Positions 1-11,914 of a DNA stretch of 64,000 bases are shown one piece after another. The number at the start of each line of letters is the position of its first letter. Positions within the stretch are counted from its first letter, which is position 1. The position numbers were made by a program, and so were the translations under genes. Below the pieces are notes generated by a model. The model did no database searches, was not told the DNA's origin, and saw nothing but the letters and a program-made list of their open reading frames with translations. This DNA is from Pseudovirgaria hyperparasitica (lineage: Eukaryota): the NCBI GenBank assembly GCA_010093815.1, contig ML996591.1; one strand, 5' to 3'.

Positions 1-2031
1 TCAAAGGGCGAATGGAAGAAATTTCAAAAGAAGCTTGAGAAAAAAAGGCTGACGGAAAAGAACAAGGCGGCTGGCCTTCCTACTCGAGCGAAAGAGCCAA
101 AGCCTCAAGAGGCGCAAACAAAGACTGTGGAACCAGAGCAGGACCTCCAAAGCAGAATATTCAATACCACATGGCTCAAAACTGTTTATGATGAAAAGCC
201 AAGGCCAGATGTCATCACTCGGTTCCCTCCTGAGCCAAATGGCTACCTGCATATCGGGCACGCGAAAGCGATCACCGTAAATTTCGGCTTTGCGCAACAC
301 TACAAGGGGAAATGCTATCTTCGTTACGATGATACCAATCCGGTGAAAGAAGAGGAGAAGTACTTTACTGCAATCCAGGATATGGTCAAATGGCTAGGCT
401 TTGAACCATGCGCAATCACTTATAGCAGCGACCACTTTGACGAGCTGTACAATCTCGCCGAGAAGTTGATCTCGAAAGATTGCGCATACGTATGTCATTG
501 CAGCGGTAAGACTTCTCGCGCTACCGCCTCGACTTGAAGCTGATCGGCGCGTGCAGCAAAGGAGATAAATCTTCAGCGTGGTGGACCTGACAATAGGGGG
601 AAGCGTTACGCATGTGCTGACCGATCTCGTCCGGTGGAGGAGTCGCTAGCTGAATTCCGTGCGATGAGAGATGGAAAGTACAAGGAAGGGGAAGCCTTCC
701 TTCGAATGAAGCAAAAGCTAACCGACCCCGAGGAGGGAAATCCTCAAATGTGGGACTTGCCAGCGTATCGTGTCAAGAACCAGAACTACCACCACCGTAC
801 CGGAGACAAATGGCGGATCTATCCAACATATGACTTTACACACTGCATATGTGATGCATTTGAAAACATATCTCACTCGCTATGCACGAGTGAATTCAGA
901 CAGTCGCGTGTGTCGTACGATTGGTTGCTCGAGCAATTGGACATGAAAATTCCGAATTCCGAGGAAAAGGGTCCTATGCAACGAGAGTAAGTTTGACCCA
1001 GTGATTTACCAATTCTCAATTAAATGTATAACAGATACGGCCGCCTAAATGTCCAAGGTACCATTCTTTCGAAACGCAACATTCAAAAGCTCGTGGAGGG
1101 AACTGTGGCCGAGAAAAGGCTACCAGACGGTACTACCGAGATGCGCAAAATCGAGCCACAAGTCCGAGGATGGGACGATCCGAGACTATTCACTCTTGTC
1201 GCTCTTCGCCGACGTGGAATTCCTGCGATGGCAATGCGCACGTTCGTCCTGGATCTTGGCGTTACAGATAACAAGACTGATACTGAAGTACACAAATTCG
1301 AATCTACTATCCAGGATTACCTTCATCCTCGGGTTGCCCGGCTGATGCTCGTTCTTGAGCCAGTGAAAGTGGTCATAGAAGACCTCTCTCCGGACGACGA
1401 GTTCACAAAGGAGATAGCCTTCGGGACTGGGTCGTTAAGCACCCACAAACGGCCTGTAACGTTTTCACGAGAGATATATATCGATTCTTCGGATTTCAAA
1501 GAAGAGGATGATGCTGATTTCAAGCGGCTTGCTCCTGGTAAGACTGTCCGGCTGATCAACGCCATGCTTATTCGAGCGACCACATTTACGAAAGACTTGA
1601 ATGGCAATATTACAGAAATTCGCGCTGTCAAAGGCCAGGAGGCAGACATGAAGTCAAACTCCGGAACGATCCATTGGGTCGATGTAGCAACGGCCGTCCC
1701 TGTCACAGCTCGTAAATACAGTTCACTCTTCAACTCTGGCGACCTTGATTGGAGCGAAGGCGGCTATGTTGACAAGATCAACCCTAACAGCGAGTTGATC
1801 TTCAGCAATGCATTTATCGAGCAAGGATTCAGCTCTCTTGGCAAGCAAGACAGGCCTGTCTCAGAAAATCCTGATGCAGGATCCGATGATATCATCAGGT
1901 TCCAGGGAATGCGCGTGGGGTACTTCTGCATTGATCCAGAGAAAGAAGGCGATAAGATCGTGCTCAATCAGATCGTTCCTTTGAAAGAGAGCAAACCGAA
2001 AGACGAGAAGGCGAAACCGAAGGCGGCCTGA
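1..2031 (+). CDS. GLN4: Glutaminyl-tRNA synthetase (5' partial); introns 506-556 and 987-1034
   Basis: Frame is open from base 1. Class Ib motifs [43 protein letters not shown] and GWDDPRL are present. Removing two GT-AG introns joins the three ORF fragments in frame. Confidence 0.95.
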
Positions 2032-2589
2032 TGCCGACAAATACACGAACGGAGACAAATATTCCGAGACCTCTTCCCAAGCATTTCCGTGCGACCATTA
2101 ACGAAAGAAGTCCCGACACAAAGACACTGATAAACTCCTGGCTTCGGGCCAATTTCCAAGGCCCATATCCGAAGTGAAATGCTGCAAGGGTCATCTTGAG
2201 ACTGCGACATCTACATTCAGCAGAACATCAAAGCACCGAGATACTGGTATGTATGCACATTTACGTCTTCAACTTCTCGAAGTTTAGACTCAATGCGGAT
2301 ATGTCTTAGCGTCGACCACACTGGCAGCACTCTATCTACCCTGCGGAACCCTGGTGTAAGCATTAAAGCTCTATGGTGAGACATCTGTTTCTGCCTGTGG
2401 GTTTCGCATAGAAAAGTAGAGCTAGTTTTATACCTGACGCATGGCATGTCCTTTCACAACGTAAGAATGGCGCAAACACGAAAGCTTTATCGCTACTATC
2501 CTGTTCAATTGGTTGAGACCGTTGTTATTGATGCCAGAACTGACACTAGGATCGGGAGTATCTGTAATTACCAGTCCCCGTCTGTCACT

Positions 2590-3909
2590 TTAGTCACCAC
2601 CCGCTACAACGCATTCAATTATGCTGTCGCCTAGGCTTTGCGTATACTTGTAGATCTTGTTCGTCTTCAAACCAGCTTTCTCGATTAAAGCAAACCACTG
2701 ATCCTCCGTTCTTTCCATGCTCGCCAAACAGCTCATCATCGTGATGTCCACTTGAGTAGCATGCCAGTGAGCTTTCGCATTGGGAATTACCATGTCATCA
2801 ATGAGAATTACCGACCCCGGAGCCAGAGCATCTTTGACGTTTTGCAGGAGCTCCAGTGCTTTGACGTCTGGATAATCGTGCAGGATATTACGGAGATAGT
2901 ATATCTTCGCGCCTACACTGCCAGCTGGTTGAGGCTGCCAGAAATCGTGTGCGGTGATTTGAACACCCGGATGCTTGATAGCATGGGCCAAGGTCCCTTC
3001 CACGTCCTGAAGAATGACCGTATTGGGGACGTCTGGCACTTTCTCACGAAATGCAACACTCTGGTGACCGATGCCGCCTCCGATATCGACGAAAAGAGGC
3101 TGAGTTGGACCGACGGATGCAACCTTCTCTTGATAAGGGTATACGTCAAGCCAGCTTGGAAGACCTTTGTGCGTAACGCTCATGAATTTGTCGAAGTACT
3201 GGAACCTCTCGGCGTCGGCTTGCATCCATATGAATGCGGGTTGGTCAGTCTTATGCGCCACCTGCAGTGGAGTGTTGAAGACGTTGTCGACGTCTTTGTA
3301 GCCACTCTTCTTCAAATAATCTGGAAGGGCGTTGGCAGCAGGGCCAACGGTATTAGAGCTGTCAACGTAAGCATTACTGTAGATCTTCCCAATTGTTTAC
3401 TTACTTGTGGTAGACGCCTCCTTCGAACCCCGGATCGGTCAAACGCGTTGTCATGGTATTTGCGGCAAATCTGTCCTTCGCGGTCTCAGCAACGTACCCA
3501 TTCGATGCTAGATATCGTAGAATCCGGCCTGTGGACAGCTGTCAGTCAGTAAACAATTTTTTTTAAGGAATTTCAGGCCCATAAATACGCACTCATCAAC
3601 CCCGGAGCTACACCAGTCTTGACTGCCAATGTTGCACTATCTAGTGCCTCATGACTGTCTGCAAGGATCTTGAAGAGCTTAATATCGCAACCTATGCGTA
3701 CGATGGGCAATTGAAGTTGCTGTCGGAACTTAGCCAGTCACTCATGCCCAACTCATCTGAATACTGACTGCGTAAAGCACCCTCTGCATGGAATCTTGTT
3801 CCGTCTCCAGGGAGACAGACAGATTTCGTAGACCATCAAGGATAGTCTGTCGACCAACTTCATCCGCGGCCTTGAATAAGGCAGTAGCTGAAGCAATAAG
3901 TGCATCCAT
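2590..3909 (-). CDS. SAM-dependent O-methyltransferase (fungal Methyltransf_2 type); introns 3720-3768, 3529-3592, 3359-3404
   Basis: Motifs FVDIGGGIGH, ILQD, HDFWQPQP and YYLRNILHDYPD. Spliced N-terminus reads MDALIASATALFKAADEVGRQ...RILRYLAS. Confidence 0.92.
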
Positions 3910-5219
3910 AGTGAACTAGAAGAGCCCGCACTGAGTTATATGGACAGAACACAGAAGAAGCCATGAAGATTTGAAGTTATGAAAGCTACTTATACACTTG
4001 TTAGAATACGGCGTCCTATATCTTGTTGTCAGTGAGACATCATCCATCGTGCTTCGGTTCAGGCCAATGGCCAGGGCCTAGTCACACTATTCATGGGGGC
4101 CAATCCATTCCGCTCCTTGACCCGGCCGTAGATCTAGAGTTTAGCCAATCAGATGCCTTGGTAGAGATCTCTCAACATCTACAACAGCACTTTCTTTTAG
4201 ACTTGCTGAAAGTCGTCGAACAGATACGATGGAGACCAGACATGTAGAGGGTTAGTGTAAAGACGTGGGTGATGACCTTGGTCGCATTAAGACTCTCAGC
4301 TTCAGCCTTAACTAGCATACCTGATTACCACAAGTTTTGGTAAACTTGCAAGGATCTCAGGTGGAGTGTAACGTTCGGATCCACAGAGCGGCACCACATT
4401 CATTGACACTGTTCCCTTTGACCTCCCGGCCTGCAGCCTTGTAGTGTGTTGGCCTGGCCGGCAATCGGCTTTCGCGACTTCATAGATTGCGACCCTAAAT
4501 TATATTCGCAATGTAACGGTGGCTCTGCTCCCACAGGACAAGACTGGTCTTTTCCGGGACATTCATCGCTTCTCGGACAATCGGGTCTTCGTCACGGGAG
4601 TGTGTCCTTCCACATAACTTTTATTCTGATAAATTATACATGCAGAGAGTGCATGACTTTAACTAGATCCATAGCCGTGCCGTCTAGGTGCCAGCGCGAT
4701 TAGCACTTCCAACACTCAGTTGATCGATTGGGAGTGATATTTCAGTGATAAGGATGATCTAATTATACAACTCTACATGTAGTTATAGTATAGAAATCAT
4801 CAATGTATATTAGATATAGCTTATTTAGTCGTGATCTTCCATCGCGGCGGCTCTACTCGAAAAGAGACAAGATCGACCTCGGCACTACTTTCTCGTGTTG
4901 ACCACTGACTGCATAGATCGTTCCCGTCACGGGATGCTAATCCATTCGCTTTCACTTGCGATAAGCGCCGCTAAACTATAGGACTACACCAAGTTGCGTA
5001 TAATAGTCACCTCGGATTCCAACCGTGAAGTGCATCGAACGTAGCGTTCCGCCTCAAAGCCGGAACGGACGTGACCATCATTCACAGTATATAAGGCCCC
5101 CGGCTCACATTGATCGAGTGGTTGTATTCACGTACGTAAAGCCTCGTAAAGACTTCATCATTCTCAGTACACTGCCCTATGATCTACACGTGACGACTGG
5201 AATTCAATAACACTCAATC

Positions 5220-6221
5220 ATGGCGTCTCCGAACACGAACCATAAACGGAACTTCCTTCTGACGATACCCCGGAGCGGATCAAATCTGCTGGTCCGTATT
5301 CTCAATCTCACGGAACAACCTGACATACTCCGCGGTAACAGTGGTGGTGGCTACTACTTCTTCGACGCCCACGCAAAGATCTATGGTGAACTCCGCCTCA
5401 CAAACGACGTCAGGACTTGGTCTACACGAGAACGTGAACTGGTGAGAGAAGCCCTGCAAAGCGGAACCGAGGCAATGATCCAGCACATCGACTCAGCTGA
5501 GCAACAAGGCAAGAGCGTTTATATTAAAGAACATATGCCTTTGATCACTGACCCAGTTGTTGTCTCCCGGGCTTTCTTTGGTGAGGACGGTGACCACGGG
5601 TCGCGATACACCGCCCAGGCGTGCGGCAAAGCGTATAAAGGAGGAGACGTCACGCCACTCAACGTGACTTTGTTCTCGGACTCATTCCTGAAAACCATTC
5701 GTCCAACGTTTCTCATTCGCCATCCCCTCGTGATGTTTCCCTCGTACTACCGTGCCCACAGAGATCTCGGGGGAGATCGGCAGACTCATAAGGAGTGCTC
5801 ACTAAAATGGTCGAGATCTCTGTATGACTGGTTCGTGCAGAACAGAAACCAGGACGACAGCACGTTCCCGACCATACTCGATGCTGACGATTTCATTGCG
5901 CAGCCAGAATTCCTGATAGAGTACAGCCAGCTGGTCGGCCTCGACGCATCGAAACTGTTATTCGAATGGAACAAGAAGACAACCGAGGAGTTAGAGGCGA
6001 TCAACTTCAAGATCCGTAGAATGACGGACACCCTAAACGCGTCGTCAGGTATCATCAAAGGGAAGGTTTCGTTGGGGTTGAACATCGAGGAAGAAGTGCA
6101 GAAGTGGAAGGAGGAATTCGGCGAAGAAAAGGCCGCACGTCTGGAGAAGGACGTGCGAGCTGCGACAGAGGATTACGAGTACCTTAAAGCAAGACGTTTC
6201 CGGTCACAGAAGTCTGCATAG
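5220..6221 (+). CDS. P-loop/sulfotransferase-fold protein of unknown function
   Basis: Intronless 333-aa ORF with TIPRSGSNLL (5'-PAPS-loop-like), YIKEH, FLIRHP..MFPSYYRA (3'-PB-like) and ILDADD. TATATAA lies at ~5088. Confidence 0.75.
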   Translation: MASPNTNHKRNFLLTIPRSGSNLLVRILNLTEQPDILRGNSGGGYYFFDAHAKIYGELRLTNDVRTWSTRERELVREALQSGTEAMIQHIDSAEQQGKSVYIKEHMPLITDPVVVSRAFFGEDGDHGSRYTAQACGKAYKGGDVTPLNVTLFSDSFLKTIRPTFLIRHPLVMFPSYYRAHRDLGGDRQTHKECSLKWSRSLYDWFVQNRNQDDSTFPTILDADDFIAQPEFLIEYSQLVGLDASKLLFEWNKKTTEELEAINFKIRRMTDTLNASSGIIKGKVSLGLNIEEEVQKWKEEFGEEKAARLEKDVRAATEDYEYLKARRFRSQKSA

Positions 6222-7025
6222 GGTGTAGAGCGACGAGGCCCAAAAGTCGATTAGACAAGGCTGAGAAGTCGCTATCTGCTCGGGTGGCTTAATGGACAAA
6301 TCTGGTATCCACCTTGTCGACACTTCGCATGATTAAGAGATCAGAAGGCATTACCCAAATTCCTGACATATCCCATCATCTCAGTGTGAGCGGGTACGTC
6401 GTGCATAAGCATTCATTTGCAATTGATGCTCCTGCTGTGCTCCCCAGCTGGTTGTTTCAAGATGCGCCAGCCTTGTGTTGTCCCTGTGCCACACCACACA
6501 CTATCACATTCAATAGCTTGGTCTTGTGATAAGTCTGATCTGATCACATCACTTAATCCCGAGCCTTATGATCTGGTTAACATTTTTGACGGTGTCCTAT
6601 TTCAGGTCCTGCAAAGACTATGAGGTTCCACAACCGACCTACTATAATTGTGCCGAACTAATAACTTTTCGCACAGCCGGCAAGGCAAACCTATGTAGGT
6701 GCAGATAACGAAGCTAAAAATACGTCGCATACTCGAGGCAAGCAAGAGCCTAGGTCGCATGAGTGCGTTCTCATCCTTGTATGTACGTGCTTGATCGAGT
6801 CGTGCGTCGGCTTGCCATCTCAGCCTGATCAGACCAGGGGCACGCACATTCGGTGATCATACCTCAAACTGTGATAATGAATGACTCAACTACAATCGGA
6901 GGCTGCGATGGGGAGTTGGTTGTTATTCATAGAAACGTTCAGCCTGATGCCCCGGGGAAACATATAAGGAAGCCATTACCCAGCCGTACATCCGAGAGTA
7001 CATCTACTTCTCTAGGACTCACACA

Positions 7026-9710
7026 ATGGTTAGTGCAAACGGAGAACAACATCCAAGGTGCAAGGCTTGCGGTCTCGAGATTTTCAGGTACAGCGACCAT
7101 GCGCCGCTTTATGAAGATACCGCATTGGAGGTGTCTGCTCTGAGGCTGGTTCAGCTTCATCCGGCACGCCAACTTGATGCTGATATCGTGATCGAGATCT
7201 TCGCGAGGAAAGATACCCTGGAGAAGGAAGATACCCACAGGAAATACGAGGCGTTATCATGGTAAGGCTTCCAATCCAGAGCTGACCAAAGTCACACGTA
7301 ACACCAACATAGGTCTTGGGGCGGCCAACATGCGAAGAAACATGTTCGAGTACGGCACCAGTATGAGGACCTCTGCTTCATGGTAACGGAGAACTTGGAC
7401 TCCGCCTTGCGCAATCTACGACACGTGAGTGTGTATCGATGGCTCTGGGTGGATTACTTGTGTATCAATCAGAGCGACATGCGAGAAAAGAACGTACAGG
7501 TGCCGATGATGGCCGGAATCTATGCCCAAGCAGTGAATGCGTGTATATGGTTGGGGGAAAGTGATGAGAAAAGCAAATTGGCCATCAAATTCATCAAGGA
7601 ATCTGTTCTGGATCTCCGCAAATTTGACAAATTATGCAAGGATGAGGCTCTCATAACCGAATGGGATGCTCTGATAAGTTTAATGCGGCGCCCATGGGTA
7701 AGTCGTATTTATGACAAGTAAAGTGTGCATTGCTGATCCGAATGGTAGTTTCATCGAAGATGGGTCGTCCAGGAGATCGCCCTATCGGATTATAACAAGG
7801 CGATCATCCAGTGTGGCGAGGATTTCTTGTGTTGGCGTGATTTTGCGGACGCTGTCTCATTGTTCAACGAGGTGGAAACAGGGACACACAGTCTTTCCAG
7901 GTTGATGAAGGCTGCGAAAGAGTTTGGAAACATTCCCAACTTTTTTGGACACGTACCGGAACTCGGAGCTACAAAACTCGTAGAAGCAACCAACAACATC
8001 TTCCGCGTCCGCAGTGGGCTATCATCTGAAGAAGAGCGACAGCCACTACTGTCGCTGGAGCATCTTGTCTCCATTCTTTCCGTATTCGAGGCTTCTGAGC
8101 CCCGGGATTCAATCTATGCTCTTCTGGCAATCGCAAAGGACACGTCACCCGGAGCGGAGGCGATGTTGGAATTAGTCGGGGAAGAGGCAGCCAAGAGAGC
8201 TAAATGGACGAAGAATCGTTTAAGGTTGCGGGCTCGCCGTAAATATAAACGGCAATGCTACGAAGTCGATTACGAAACGACGCTGAATAAAGTCTACCAA
8301 GACTTCATCATATTCTGCACGCGAAACGCGGATCAAAGGCGCGCATTAGACATGCTTTGCAGACCTTGGGCACCAGTCCCAAGAAAAGACCATGAAGGTA
8401 AAGAGATAGATGTATTCCCATCCTGGGTATCAACTCTTGAGAATGCCCCTTTCAAGCTTGCCGAACGCGATGGCCTTGGCATGAGGACATGGAGGCGATA
8501 TGCGGACCCCTTGGTGGGTATCCCCGGAAAACAGTCATACAATGCAGCCGGGTCAACTTCTTTGGGTAGTAAATTTGATTTCGTCGTTGGAACGGATTTT
8601 CATAATATGAAAGTCGAGGGCTTTGTACTGGGCCGCCTCGCTCAAGTTGAGCAATCTTCACAGCTGGGACAAATACCTCCTGAATGGCCGAAAATGGGCG
8701 GATGGCTGAAGCGAGATCAACTACCCCCGGATGCATTCTGGCGCACACTTGTCGGAGATCGTGGCCCTGACGGACGAAACGCCTTGCCATTCTACCCACG
8801 AGCATGTGTACACGCTTTCAGAAACAGTGCTGACGACACGTTAAATACTGAAAGTTTAATTCACTATGGGCCGAAAATCGTGGGCGAGTTTTTGCGTCGT
8901 GTTCAGGCTGTTATCTGGAATCGTCGACTCGTAAAAACCGATAAGGGTCATCTTGGCCTGGCCCCCAAGGCCGCTCAACCAGGCGATCTAGTCTGTATCC
9001 TATATGGATGTAGCGTACCAGTCATACTGAGACCTGTAAAGAAAGGTAGTACAAGGCATGAAAAGGAAGTGAGAGAGTTCGAGGCCGTCCGATGGATGAA
9101 GAAGATCAGAGCTGTTTTGAGTGTCTTCTGGGTGTTATACTTTGCCTGCAAGGAGAAGAATAGGCCAGCCCCTAGGATCAAAGAGATGTTGAATAAGCTT
9201 GAAGAGAAGTACACGGCGGCTACTGAAGAAGCTGAACGTGTCCTCTCTCTTGGTGGCGGCAAACCACAGAGGGAGCAGGGCGTCGCGAATGGCATCAACG
9301 GTCAAGATACTGGTAAACCGACCAGCAGCATTACAAATGGGTCCAAGCCGAATGGCCCAGCTCAACCGCGGCCGCAGCATTCCATTCAAGGGTCAGGTCA
9401 AATGCCGAAAACACACAGAAAGGTTGATCTACACCGAGACAAACATTCGAAGAAGGAAAGTGTACACGACTATGGAGGAGTGTTGCACCTGGATCAGGAA
9501 CGGCCCCACTGGATGTACATGAAGTGGATCGGAGAGTGCTATGTTCATGGTCAGATGAACGGTGAAGCGGTCGAAGCAAAGGCTGTTCACAACAGAGTCG
9601 AACGAGAAAGGTTAAAAACAGAAAGGCTCAAACGAGAAAAGGGAGAAGAACCTCAAGGAGGGCGTAAGCCTCCTAGATTCTGGACGGATACAATTTTCGA
9701 GATACGGTAG
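7026..9710 (+). CDS. HET-domain (HET-6-like) heterokaryon-incompatibility family protein; introns 7262-7312 and 7698-7748
   Basis: The spliced product has the HET blocks YEALSWSWG, LWVDYLCINQ..EKNVQVPMMAGIY..IWLG and PWFHRRWVVQEI. It also has PRDSIYALL, GDLVCILYGCSVPVILR and IGECYVHG. Confidence 0.92.
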
Positions 9711-9800
9711 TCCAAGGCCGTCTATACACACTCTTCTCGTCTGAAGGGGCCGACATTTGCCGGTCAAGCAAATTGAATGCTACGCCGAAACCGACGATAG

Positions 9801-10068
9801 CGGATCCCCGACACCTCCATTCGGGATGCGAGACTAACTCTCGATGGAGTCAGACAGTGTGAACGGCTCAGACAGCAACTCGATGAGCAGGGCATGGCAC
9901 AGATCGACCTTCTCTGCGCATCGCCCCTGTCGTACGATTCAAACAGCGCTCATCTCGTTTCAGGCGGCGGCCGATGGCGGACTCAAGATCATAGCATTGC
10001 CAGACGTTCAAGAAGCTACGGCAGATCCATCGGATACAGGCGTGCCCATATTGGATCTGCGAGAATAA
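9801..10068 (+). pseudogene. Degenerate histidine phosphatase (phosphoglycerate-mutase family) fragment
   Basis: One frame reads IRDARLTLDGVRQC...IDLLCASPL. After a shift at ~9930 another frame reads RTIQTAL...IIALPDVQEATADPSDTG and stops at 10066-10068. No RHG N-terminus was found. Confidence 0.7.
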
Positions 10069-10462
10069 TCTGGACAGGTACAGCCGAGAGTGGGTTTCGT
10101 CAAAGGTCTTCTAACATATGCAGGTCCGTATTGGAGCAATAGGTATCTCCTCCGACAGCGGCTGAGAATGAAGAAGCTGAAGATTAGCATGACGATGAGT
10201 TGCGTTTTGGGGACTGAGTGGTATACCTGACTGTGTATTGTGTGTATATTGTGTGTGTATGGATTGTGTGTTGTGTGGTCAGAGCAGCAGAGGGGCAGGT
10301 ACGACCGGGGTGGTGCTGGTGGGGTAGGTATGAATCGAATCCATTGATCTAATTATCACCACGCACTTCACTCACATTCATTCATTCATTTACTACTTCC
10401 AAACGTATACAAACAACCCATTAATCTGTTCTCGACTTGCTTCAATCACCACTCACAGTCGC

Positions 10463-11340
10463 ATGACCCATTTGCTCTTCCAGATCTCCCGTTTTCGAGG
10501 CCTCCGTACCATGTCTACTATACCCGTCTCCGATATACCTTGTGTCAGCCTCCTCTATAAGCTCGATCGCCTGAAGCCCGCCGAGTCGAGCACGTACACG
10601 CCTTCCAGCACATACAACGACAAGATCGCGTTGCTAAGAAATGACATCACAAAGCTAGAGGTTGATAGTATCGTCAATGCTGCAAACAATTCTTTGTTAG
10701 GCGGTGGTGGTGTCGACGGCGCCATTCACCGTGCAGCCGGCCCAGAGCTCTACGACGAGTGTGAACTTTTGGATGGTTGTGTCACAGGTAGTGCCAAGAT
10801 CACAAAAGGCTATAGACTTCCAGCGAAACACGTCATACATGCCGTAGGTCCTGTCTACCAATCCACGAAGAGGCAAGGGAAGCATACATCGCTGTTGCAA
10901 GGCTGTTACCGTACAAGCCTGGAGCTGGCCGTTGACAACAAACTAAAGAGCATAGCTTTCTCGGCTCTGAGCACGGGCGTCTATGGCTATCCCAGTGACG
11001 AGGCTGCTGAAACAGCTATCGGGGAGGTTAGGAAGTTTCTTGATAGCGGCAAAGGAGACTCCCTCGAACGTATCGTTTTCTGTAATTTCACGGAGAAGGA
11101 CGAGAAGGCATACTTCGACATGATACCGTAAGCTACAAGTATATTGCCCCCTTCTGTACACTGCTTAACCTTTCCAGAAAGTTCTTCCCTCCCGATCAGA
11201 CAGTGGAAAAGAAGGATGAGGAGAGTCCTGCCCCGACGAGTGAAGATTTGGCGGCCCAGCTACCAGATCCGCCTACCAAGAACCCATCCGAGGAAGGCCA
11301 GCCTGATGCTAAGAAATTAAAGTCACTGAAGGAAAGTTAG
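10463..11340 (+). CDS. Macrodomain ADP-ribose hydrolase (MacroD-type); intron 11128-11177
   Basis: Motifs DITKLEVDSIVNAANNSLLGGGGVDGAIHRAAG, HVIHAVGP and AFSALSTGVYGYP. Confidence 0.93.
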
Positions 11341-11914
11341 TGATGCATCCATTCAGTCAACTACATATCGATCGGACAGTGAAAAACCACCGAACTTCGA
11401 TGAGTCATTCTGTAAATACACAACTACCGACGGCATTATTTAGGTGTCCACGACTCTGCAAAGAGGTCTATTGCGCTCATTTTCGACAAGAAAGATACCC
11501 CTATTCAAAGCAACATTCAATCATACGTTAGGCTGGATGGTCCCGGCAGGAGTACTGGCGTTTGGCAATTAACTAAAGATTGGGACGCTTCCATAATCTC
11601 GACCATAGACGGACGTCCCATCAATGTTATCAATATCAAGAAAACCCCGCACAAAACAAGATGTGCAGGCGAAATAAATAAAAAAACGTGGATATTTTCC
11701 TTCATATACCCTCCTATTACCTTTTTCCCTCAATTCCTTCAGGTCTGTTTCTCGAGACTTTCGTACCTGCATTCCTCTCTGGCATTCCTCTGACATCCCT
11801 TGCTCGCAATCACCTGGTGATACCACTTCAAGTATTATCCCAGCCCAGAACGCAATATCTTAACACTCGTCCTAGACCTGCTGTCTTCTTCTCTAAATTA
11901 TCTAGCTATTGATC

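Noticed and set aside
2752..3552. 266-aa plus-strand ORF
   Set aside because: It is the antisense shadow of the O-methyltransferase and has no motifs.
10179..10191. GAAGATTAGCATG match to U6 snRNA
   Set aside because: The ACAGAGA box and the downstream U6 stem-loop are absent, so this is a chance match.
10233..10277. TG-rich imperfect repeat
   Set aside because: An ordinary low-complexity tract, not telomeric TTAGGG and not an array.
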